Virus record (IMG/VR): IMGVR_UViG_3300012148_000001
DNA length: 21,247 bases
Direction: 5' to 3' (one strand)
DNA from: a virus
In this document: piece by piece, positions 1-6,449 of the stretch
Numbering within the stretch: position 1 is the stretch's first letter
Layout of the letters: the number at the start of each line of letters is the position of its first letter
The notes under the pieces: model-generated
The model's input: only the letters and a program-made list of their open reading frames with translations
Told to the model about the DNA's origin: nothing
The model's database searches: none
Translations under genes and position numbers: made by a program

Positions 1-123
1 AGATTTTTTCTACAACCTGCAAGGCGGCATAAACACAAGCCGCACAAAGATTGCTCTCGGTTCAGACGTTAAAAAGCTGTACTGGGACGATGCTTCCAAT
101 GTCGAAATATTGAAAAACCAAGG
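1..123. repeat. Terminal overlap copy 1 (= 21125-21247). It closes a 21,124-bp circle or marks a direct terminal repeat.
   Basis: Bases 1-123 (agattttttctacaacc...gaaaaaccaagg) recur base for base at 21125-21247. Confidence 0.95.
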
Positions 124-1516
124 TATTTGCAGACAAAAAGGCAACGTACTTTTGTTCAAACTCAAAGACGAGGAAAAAATCGTCGGTATGTTTGAATACC
201 CCAAAAACAGCACAGAGTTTGTCTTTGTGACCGAGAGCGGCAAAATTTACAAGTATGCAAACACTTTTTCAACTCCACAGTTGATATGTTCACTAGATAA
301 TACCGTTTCCGCCGTTTCATTTGCATACTTTCTTGACGGCATCGTCATTTGTACCGATACGAACGGCGGAATTTTCTTTGAGACACCGAAAAGCACCGAA
401 GCCAAAAGCCTCAAACTTAAAAAAGCAAACGCCAAGGACGTTTGCTCCATATCGCTTTGCGTTTACGCAAGCAGGATATGGATAGGCGACGGCGCAGTCT
501 TATATTTCAGTGCTCTGGGCAGGTTTGACGATTGGGAATCTTCCGAAGACGCGGGCTACATTGAAAAATTTCACTGCAGCACCTCTAAGATACTTGCTCT
601 CAAAGAGTATATTGCCTGTCTTGCTATCTACAAAGAAGACGGCGTCTGGCTTTTGAACGGCACAGACCCCGATACATTCGCCATTGCAAGGTTTGCGGAT
701 AAAGGAGTTTTTTCGCAAAACGCGGTATTAACCTACAACAATAAACAGTATTTCGTAAACAGGGGCGGTGTTTTCACGCTTGAACAAGCAGGAGACCTTT
801 CCCAGATAAGCCTCGGGGCGAACATAGCCGCACCGATTCAAGAATACTTTGAAAAAATTGACTACTTTAAACTCCAAAATACTATTCTTCTGTCGGAAGA
901 GACCAAAAATAAAATTTGGCTCTTCCTTCCCTTTTCAGGCTACACAAGCGTTAACAACATTTTAATCTATGATTGCTATTGCGGGGCTTGGCTTAAGAGG
1001 GTGATACCGTATGAAATCAGCTGCGCCGCAAACGTTTTCGACAAAGTGTACACGGCGAGCGCGGAGGGCGAAGTTTTCGTTGAGAACACGGGAAACACTT
1101 TTAACGGAAAAGCAATCAAGTTCAATGTTTCGACCCCGTTCTTCCATCTTGGGCAGCCCTCGACACGCAAAATCATTGAAGACATGAATTTTATTTTTGA
1201 CGAGAGCCACGAAAACCGTTTTAAATTCGCTGTTTCCAAGGACTATGTGTCCTCTGAAAGTTTTGACATTGAGCAGGTGGACACCATTCAGCCTGATTGC
1301 CTTGTGTGGCAAGCACTCGACGAAGAGGACTACTTCAAAAGCTTGTGGGGAGACGACAAGCACTCCTTTAACTGGGCTGACCCCATCGAAGAAGCCTACA
1401 AAACGGAGATTTTCGACTCAAACACTTCCGTGCAGCTCCACATCTCCGGAGAGGAAATCGGGGACGACTTTGCCCTTGTGGGGATTGAGTTTAAGGAGAT
1501 TATTCCTGACGAGTGA
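2..1516 (+). CDS. Tail/nozzle-like virion structural protein; body of the junction-spanning gene
   Basis: The frame is open from base 2 to TGA 1514-1516. It has repeated beta-rich blocks (IWIGDG, GVWLLNG, QYFVNRGGVF, IWLFLPF, ILIYD) and lies between the endolysin and adaptor-like genes. The product name is contextual inference. Confidence 0.6.
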   Translation, partial: DFFYNLQGGINTSRTKIALGSDVKKLYWDDASNVEILKNQGICRQKGNVLLFKLKDEEKIVGMFEYPKNSTEFVFVTESGKIYKYANTFSTPQLICSLDNTVSAVSFAYFLDGIVICTDTNGGIFFETPKSTEAKSLKLKKANAKDVCSISLCVYASRIWIGDGAVLYFSALGRFDDWESSEDAGYIEKFHCSTSKILALKEYIACLAIYKEDGVWLLNGTDPDTFAIARFADKGVFSQNAVLTYNNKQYFVNRGGVFTLEQAGDLSQISLGANIAAPIQEYFEKIDYFKLQNTILLSEETKNKIWLFLPFSGYTSVNNILIYDCYCGAWLKRVIPYEISCAANVFDKVYTASAEGEVFVENTGNTFNGKAIKFNVSTPFFHLGQPSTRKIIEDMNFIFDESHENRFKFAVSKDYVSSESFDIEQVDTIQPDCLVWQALDEEDYFKSLWGDDKHSFNWADPIEEAYKTEIFDSNTSVQLHISGEEIGDDFALVGIEFKEIIPDE

Positions 1517-1525
1517 CGCGTATAT

Positions 1526-1915
1526 TTATGACGCCATTGAGATAAGAATGGCGAAAGGCACTACCATAAAGGTTAAACCGCCATAGAAGAACACGTAAAA
1601 CAAGTCACGGCGCTTGATTTTTTCATAAGGAAAGCCAAAAGCACATTCATTAAAGGGTCTGAACCTTTGACACCAGAAGACGAGTATTACAATGCTCATG
1701 TAAATGAGAAAAAGGCTGACAGTGTGCCTTAGGAAGTTGTGGGTCGCGATGTTGTAGCTAAGCGCGCCGTGCGCGTGGTTTGCGGCGGAGTATACAAAAT
1801 AAAACAGCTCAATCAGGGCGTTTATCCAACCAAACAACGCGAGAAAATTCAACAACGAACTACTATAAAACTTGTCCACAAGAAAATTATACCATTTTTT
1901 TTGAGGCTGTGTCAA
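1526..1915 (-). CDS. Integral membrane protein (about 3 TM segments); start codon uncertain
   Basis: The 129-aa track ORF has hydrophobic spans LLNFLALFGWINALIELFYFVY, VSLFLIYMSIVILVFW and LFYVFFYGGLTFMVVPFAILI. The listed start is TTG with no SD, and it sits inside a strong promoter, so the true start is probably downstream. Confidence 0.5.
   Translation of the reverse strand: MTQPQKKWYNFLVDKFYSSSLLNFLALFGWINALIELFYFVYSAANHAHGALSYNIATHNFLRHTVSLFLIYMSIVILVFWCQRFRPFNECAFGFPYEKIKRRDLFYVFFYGGLTFMVVPFAILISMAS
1886..1915 (-). promoter_or_regulatory. Sigma70-type promoter, TTGACA-18 nt-TGgTATAAT
   Basis: The reverse complement of 1886-1915 reads TTGACAcagcctcaaaaaaaaTGGTATAAT. Confidence 0.6.
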
Positions 1916-2126
1916 CGATAATTAAGATGACGAGGGGTAAAAAACAATCCGCGAAAGTCTTTAGGCGGCGGGTCACGGGGCAGCATCGTGAGCGAAACCG
2001 AAAGGCCGCCCCCGCAAACCGTATAAAAACTCCCCCGCGGGGAATCATGGTAATTAAACGGCCGCAGGGAATGAGTAAATTCGGCTCCTGTGGGCTTCGG
2101 GCTTACGCATTTAGTAAGGAATAACG

Positions 2127-2480
2127 ATGAGTGAAAAAAAAGACCACGAGGCGCTTTTGAGCCTGAACCTGCCTTCGCAGAAGGCTATAAACGAAGAAAT
2201 CGAGGAGCGCATCAAAAAACTGAAAGCCCCGGGCAAAAAGGCTAAAGGGGCTGATATAACGGACATTAAGAAGGCGGGCGAACAGGAGATTTTTTCTAAA
2301 AACGCCTGTTGGACTATGACCAACCTCAAAACCCTTCAGGAGTTTGAAATCACGGGCGTGAACGCCGATTTTAACCTTCAGGGAATGCCGCATATCAGGG
2401 AAATGCTTGTGAGCGGAGAGATTGACGGGTTTTTGAGGGGGGACTGTTACGTGAAATTTAAACACGTGAGACATGCGTAA
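2127..2480 (+). CDS. Hypothetical protein, 117 aa, charged
   Basis: SD TAAGGAATAACG precedes the ATG. The stop TAA lies inside the repeat motif GCGTAAGC. Confidence 0.6.
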   Translation: MSEKKDHEALLSLNLPSQKAINEEIEERIKKLKAPGKKAKGADITDIKKAGEQEIFSKNACWTMTNLKTLQEFEITGVNADFNLQGMPHIREMLVSGEIDGFLRGDCYVKFKHVRHA

Positions 2481-2612
2481 GCTAGGGGCTCGCAGGGTGC
2501 GAGCGGCGAGCTCGTAACCGCAGAGCTCATTAATAGCCGCCGTTGCGAGCGGCCGTCGAACGTTAGTGAGACAGCGAGTGGAGCAATCTTTGATTGCACA
2601 GGCGGAGTGCCT
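2466..2612 (-). repeat. Mosaic repeat block
   Basis: It is largely the reverse complement of 12259-12385, with one sub-module swapped. Confidence 0.85.
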
Positions 2613-2665
2613 AAAAAGAATAAGTAATGGTTGTAAATTATCGCTTTTTAAGGAGAAATTTATTT

Positions 2666-2746
2666 ATGAAAAAACGAACGAGCCAAAGCAGAAAGCTTGC
2701 TTTCAAATTTGCGAGTGAGAGCTTCAAAAGACCGGAGGTCTTATGA
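2666..2746 (+). CDS. Basic micro-ORF 1, 26 aa (MKKRTSQSRKLAFKFASESFKRPEVL)
   Basis: AAGGAG lies 9 nt upstream. Its stop overlaps the next ATG as ATGA. Confidence 0.45.
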   Translation: MKKRTSQSRKLAFKFASESFKRPEVL

Positions 2747-2822
2747 AAAAAAAACGAACGAGCCAAAGCAGAAAGCTTGCTTTCAAATTTGCGAGTGAGA
2801 GCTTCAAAAGACCGGAGGTCTT
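2666..2822 (+). repeat. Tandem duplication, 77 bp + 80 bp
   Basis: 2666-2742 and 2743-2822 are identical except for AAA inserted after the ATG. Confidence 0.95.
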
Positions 2823-2826
2823 ATGA
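2743..2826 (+). CDS. Basic micro-ORF 2, 27 aa; duplicate of micro-ORF 1 with one extra Lys
   Basis: GGAGG lies 6-7 nt upstream. Its stop overlaps ATG 2823 as ATGA. Confidence 0.45.
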   Translation: MKKKRTSQSRKLAFKFASESFKRPEVL

Positions 2827-3458
2827 ACTATTTTGAAATATTCAACAAAGTTATGCTGGAGCTCAACTACAGACCCGTTGTGCTCTTTGAAAACATCTTT
2901 AAAACAGAGCACCTGCGCATTTTGGAGAACATAAACCGCGTAAACGTCGATGTTTGCACGGCCTTCAACTGGTCTTTCCTCGAAAAAAAGACGCTTATAA
3001 AGCTTGAGGCCGACGCATCCGAGGCCGAGCAGGGCATAGCGGGGCAGATAACAAAGGTCTATGACGGGAAAAACAGACTTACCTTCATACCCGACTACGA
3101 AAGCTTTTATCAAGGTTCGCCCCCTCAAAACTCTTACGGTTACTTCAACGACAAGATTCTTTTCGGCAAAGCCGCACACCCGCGCGAGTTAACGGTGTAT
3201 TATAACTCTTCACAGCTTGCACTGGACGTCGGGGGCAGCGCGAAGAATTCCATGGACGAAAAAGAAGACCGCTCAATCATCCCAATGCCTTACGCAGAGC
3301 AGATTCTCGTTTACGGGACGTGCATGAAGACCAAGGCAAACCCCGCATACCCCAAGTTTGGCTTTTGGAACACGCTTTACACCATGTCGCTTGTGAATCT
3401 GCGCGCAAAGTGCAGTCCCACGAGCGAAGACGCCCCAACTATTGTGTTGAATACGTGA
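2823..3458 (+). CDS. Virion structural protein, possibly head-tail adaptor or tail-tube-A-like (211 aa)
   Basis: Good ORF that is translationally coupled to the micro-ORFs. Size and position are typical of podovirus adaptor proteins. The family was not verified. Confidence 0.45.
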   Translation: MNYFEIFNKVMLELNYRPVVLFENIFKTEHLRILENINRVNVDVCTAFNWSFLEKKTLIKLEADASEAEQGIAGQITKVYDGKNRLTFIPDYESFYQGSPPQNSYGYFNDKILFGKAAHPRELTVYYNSSQLALDVGGSAKNSMDEKEDRSIIPMPYAEQILVYGTCMKTKANPAYPKFGFWNTLYTMSLVNLRAKCSPTSEDAPTIVLNT

Positions 3459-3705
3459 GACAGACGCGAGGCTCATAGGGCAGCTGCGTTGAGCAGGTGA
3501 CCGAGAGCCGAACAATTGATGGCGAGAAGTGAGTGGAAAGTGGTGTTTACACCAACTTTCGCCACGAACGCCGAGCCAAAAGACCGCAGGTCTTATAGGC
3601 GACGTTGCGAGCGGCCGTCGAACGCTAGTGAGACAGCGAGCGCACAAAACTCTGAAAGAGTTTTGCCAGGAGCCGAATGCGTGAGACATGCGTAAGCCAG
3701 GGGCT
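3456..3705 (-). repeat. Mosaic repeat block
   Basis: Its modules are shared with 10196-10340, 5774-5848 and 2466-2580. Confidence 0.85.
3515..3597 (-). repeat. 83-nt composite element (AAGACC hairpin + GGCGAAAG bulged hairpin), copy 1
   Basis: Shared sequence ...GGCGAGAAGTGAGTGGAAAGTGGTGTTTACACCAACTTTCGCC...CCGAGCCAAAAGACCGCAGGTCTTAT. Confidence 0.9.
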
Positions 3706-3830
3706 CAAAAAGCACAGCGTTTTTACATCAAACAAGGTGAAACTTGCGAACCGTAATTTAACGGATGCGGCCAATCTTAACGCTTTGCAGGCAAAGCAAA
3801 ATCCCCGCAACGGAGCACACCCGCAGTATC

Positions 3831-3858
3831 ACAAAAGTGCCCGCAACCGCGCGGACAC
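3831..3858 (-). terminator. Intrinsic terminator for the 3887..4366 gene
   Basis: The minus strand reads GTGTCCGC-gcggtt-GCGGGCAC followed by TTTTG. Confidence 0.6.
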
Positions 3859-3886
3859 CTGTGTCAAAATAAAATTCGGTTAAGCC

Positions 3887-4366
3887 TTATCCTAAAGTCC
3901 CTTTAGGCATCACCATAAAGAGCAAAAACATGTGTCTCACAAAGATTACAACGAAAATACAGAAAATAATCAACGTCAAAAACTTTTGCATGTCAGCAAA
4001 AACAACGTTTTTCTTGTCTTTTTTGAGGTCCTGCATCACTTCAAACTCTTTTTTGTAAGGCTGAATGGGGAGCATTTCCTCAATAAAATCAATAACTTTC
4101 GAGTATTTAACCTTGATTAGGAATTGATAAGAGTCAATGTTGAGCCACCACATAAGCGTTACAGTCAACCCGACAAGCGTAACCGTAAGTATAGCACCGT
4201 TTGAAGAGAAAAACATAATTAAAAGATAAGTAATAGCAAGCAAACTAAGGCTTAAAACAGTGTAAAACCTGTTCGTGGCAAAGTTTCTGTCGATAAATTT
4301 TTCCTTGGCGTCGATGTAGCTTTTATACTGCTCCGTTATCATACAGGCTTTTTCTTTCTCGTCCAT
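3887..4366 (-). CDS. Membrane protein: N-terminal helix, 2 adjacent TM segments, a soluble segment and a C-terminal TM (SLATT-like architecture; family unverified)
   Basis: The internal start MDEKEK has AAAAAGGAGAAATTG upstream. TM spans are FYTVLSLSLLAITYLLIMFF, ILTVTLVGLTVTLMWWL and FLTLIIFCIFVVIFV. Confidence 0.65.
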   Translation of the reverse strand: MDEKEKACMITEQYKSYIDAKEKFIDRNFATNRFYTVLSLSLLAITYLLIMFFSSNGAILTVTLVGLTVTLMWWLNIDSYQFLIKVKYSKVIDFIEEMLPIQPYKKEFEVMQDLKKDKKNVVFADMQKFLTLIIFCIFVVIFVRHMFLLFMVMPKGTLG

Positions 4367-4436
4367 CAATTTCTCCTTTTTATTAAATAAACCGTTTATT
4401 TCCGTTTGGCGGGCTGTCTCCCGAGCCTCCGGCACG

Positions 4437-4612
4437 CTGCCTGCGGGAGGGCTTACGCTTTTACCGCCTGTGCAATCAGAGATTACCCCCTTCGCTCGAG
4501 CGTGGGGTCCCTACTCATTAAACACTCGTGCGGCCGCTCGTCTTCTTGCCGAACTTTGTGAGGCTTAGAAGAGAGGGTGTCGCTTGCGGCGACGCAGCCG
4601 TTCAGGACTTTT
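4437..4612 (+). repeat. Mosaic repeat block
   Basis: It contains GGCTTACGC, CCGCCTGTGCAATCAGAGATT, GGGGTCCC and GTCGCTTGCGGCGAC modules. Confidence 0.8.
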
Positions 4613-4666
4613 ACCCATTGCTAACGCGATTATACAATATTTTTTCAATATAGGCAATTATAAAAA

Positions 4667-5239
4667 ATGTACAAATTCAGAAAGTTGAATCTCGACCCCC
4701 AAAAGCTTGACGCAGAGGCTATCGGGCACTATGTAGAGATTGTAAAATTAATAACAATATATCGTCACAATTTGTTTGACGACTTTGTAAAAACTCCCTT
4801 GAGCGAGCACGTTTTGTCGCTTGTACAAAGGACTTTCCCCTATTTTTGGGTCATACTCACGAAGGCGGACGGACGTTTTTGCGGATTCATCTATTTGTAT
4901 GATTTTGTGGGGGACGAAAAGTGCGCCCACAGCGCCTGCGTCACGGTTTGCCTGAAAAAATCCTTCTGGGGCAGGGCCGCGAGAGACATCGGCCGCGCCT
5001 TTACGGGTTTTTGTTTCGCGAAAATGGGGCTGAAAAAGCTTCGGGCGGAGTGTTTCGCCTCTAACACATTGACGGGCAAGGTTCTTTGCGATTTGAAGTT
5101 CAAAAAAGAGGGCGTTTTGAAGGGGGAAACGCTCGTAAACGGGCGGAGCGAAGACCTTGTGCTGTGGGGAATGCGTAAGCCGGTGCCAGGGTGGCAGCGC
5201 TGTGAAGCGGTGACACACAGCACTACGATGGCGACGTAG
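4667..5239 (+). CDS. GNAT family N-acetyltransferase (RimJ/RimL-like)
   Basis: The motif run WGRAARDIGRAFTGFCFAKMGLKKLRAECFASNTLTGKVLCDLKFKKEGVLKGETLVNG matches the GNAT core. The last ~22 codons read through repeat modules (GCGTAAGCC onward). Confidence 0.75.
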   Translation: MYKFRKLNLDPQKLDAEAIGHYVEIVKLITIYRHNLFDDFVKTPLSEHVLSLVQRTFPYFWVILTKADGRFCGFIYLYDFVGDEKCAHSACVTVCLKKSFWGRAARDIGRAFTGFCFAKMGLKKLRAECFASNTLTGKVLCDLKFKKEGVLKGETLVNGRSEDLVLWGMRKPVPGWQRCEAVTHSTTMAT

Positions 5240-5300
5240 GACTGCAGGGCAGTATGCCCGAAGCCCACAGGAGCCAAACAGCGATAGCTAGGGGTGAACC
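5173..5300 (-). repeat. Mosaic repeat block overlapping the GNAT 3' end
   Basis: It parallels 7296-7440 but lacks the 76-nt element. Confidence 0.85.
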
Positions 5301-5350
5301 CTACGCGCATCCCTCACCGCCACAAACTTTGTAAATCATCTATTAAACAT

Positions 5351-5379
5351 TTGCCACACTGAAAAACCCCTTATATAAT
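5351..5379 (+). promoter_or_regulatory. Sigma70-type promoter, TTGCCA-17 nt-TATAAT
   Basis: Read directly; it lies about 80 nt upstream of the 5459 micro-ORF. Confidence 0.6.
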
Positions 5380-5458
5380 AACAAAGGGTATGCCCTAATC
5401 TCCTGTCTTCTCTGAACAGACGAAAAATCTGAAAAGCAAAGAAGGGGGGTGATAAAAG

Positions 5459-5533
5459 TTGATTATCAGAATAACTGAAAGAGCGCTAGCAATAATCATT
5501 TTACTGATACTACTAGCACTCAAATTCAACTAA
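5459..5533 (+). CDS. Hydrophobic micro-peptide, 24 aa (TTG start; IIRITERALAIIILLILLALKFN)
   Basis: A G-rich SD (AAGGGGGG) lies 9 nt upstream. It is a paralogue of 8102..8170, and the differences between them are synonymous or conservative. Confidence 0.5.
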   Translation: MIIRITERALAIIILLILLALKFN

Positions 5534-5679
5534 CGGGCATTTAATGAGAGCGGCTTCAACGCTCTCGCCCACAACAAACAAGGCGAGGTTATACCGAGCC
5601 ATAGTTTGATGGGTGCAACCAGCCTTAACGCTTTGCAAACAAAGTGAGCAATAGCGGTAAGTGCGTGTTTGCCATTTAT

Positions 5680-5707
5680 ATTATACCAAAATGCACGAAA
5701 AATACAA
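5680..5707 (-). promoter_or_regulatory. Convergent promoter, TTGTAT-16 nt-TGgTATAAT, inside a conserved 41-bp element (5671-5711)
   Basis: The reverse complement reads TTGTATttttcgtgcattttGGTATAAT. The same element recurs at 8201-8241. Confidence 0.55.
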
Positions 5708-5878
5708 GGGTGCTCCAAAATTCTGTCACCCCTGCGAGCGCCTATGAGACCTGCGGTCTTTTGGCTCACGCATAGCTCCTGTCAAAACTCTGAAAGAGTT
5801 TTGTGCGCTCCTCCGCTTCGGTCTCCTCAGCTCTGTCGCAACGTCGCCATCGTAGTGCTGCGTGTCACCGGCTGTCTT

Positions 5879-5954
5879 GGAATACGAAGTGCTCGGAAAA
5901 TTCAACATTTCCCTCGCTCAGGAGCTTTGCTTTGCATCAGCTCCCTTCGATTCC
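5879..5954 (+). repeat. 76-nt element, copy 1 (GGAATACGAAG...CTTCGATTCC)
   Basis: Near-identical to the other copies. Confidence 0.95.
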
Positions 5955-6061
5955 GCTCACAGCGCCGTCACATTCGCACCGGTTCACACCTTTACCGCCT
6001 GTCAAATCAAAGATTTGTGCATTTCTTACGGCCGCTCCACGGCCTGCAGTCATAACGGCGG

Positions 6062-6145
6062 TCATAAGACCTACAGTCTTTTGGCTCGGCGTTCGCGGCG
6101 AAAGTTGGTGTAAACACCACTTTCCACTCACTTCTCGCCATTAAT
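6062..6145 (+). repeat. 83-nt composite element, copy 2
   Basis: Same element; the loop of the first hairpin differs (ctaca versus tgc). Confidence 0.9.
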
Positions 6146-6170
6146 GAGCTCTGCAGCCACCGGCTTTCTT

Positions 6171-6246
6171 GGAATACGAAGCGCTCGGAAAATTCAACAT
6201 TTCCCTTGCTCAGGAGCTTTGCTTTGCATCAGCTCCCTTCGATTCC
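6171..6246 (+). repeat. 76-nt element, copy 2
   Basis: Near-identical to the other copies. Confidence 0.95.
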
Positions 6247-6449
6247 GCTCACCGCCGCTGTCTTTCGAGCCCCTAGCTATCGCTATTGGCTCCTGTCAAA
6301 ACTCTGAAAGAGTTTTGTGCGCTCCTCCGCTTCGGTCTCCTCAGCTCTGTCGCAACGTCGCCTATCAATACGTACGGTCTTGCGGTCTTGCCAAGCAAGC
6401 CCTGCAGACCTACTTCTGGTTCACACCTTTAGAAAGGAAAATAAACAAA

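Larger units (their letters stand above)
5741..6430 (+). repeat. Largest mosaic repeat block, upstream of the capsid gene
   Basis: It contains two 76-nt elements, two 75-nt GCTCCTGTC...ACGTCGCC units, one 83-nt composite and other modules. Confidence 0.9.

Noticed and set aside
5669-6144. Overlapping ORFs 5669..6055, 5803..6144, 5862..6113 and 5937..6131(-). Similar ORFs lie at 7170..7705(-), 9058..9418(-), 10278..10624 and 17149..17564(-).
   Set aside because: All lie wholly within repeat modules. The same nucleotide module is open in several frames at once and appears in both orientations. There is no SD and the composition is not protein-like.
5741-6430. CRISPR array
   Set aside because: There is no regularly spaced identical repeat of 24-40 nt with unique spacers. 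Modules vary in length, order and orientation, and no cas genes are present.
6144-6449. N-terminal 102 codons of track ORF 6144..7301. The same applies to 15457..16011 of ORF 15457..16254 and 8172..8351 of ORF 8172..8999.
   Set aside because: These stretches are repeat mosaic read in its stop-poor orientation. The peptides are low-complexity (R/S/C/L-rich), recur in all three frames, and lie upstream of internal starts that have clear SD sequences.
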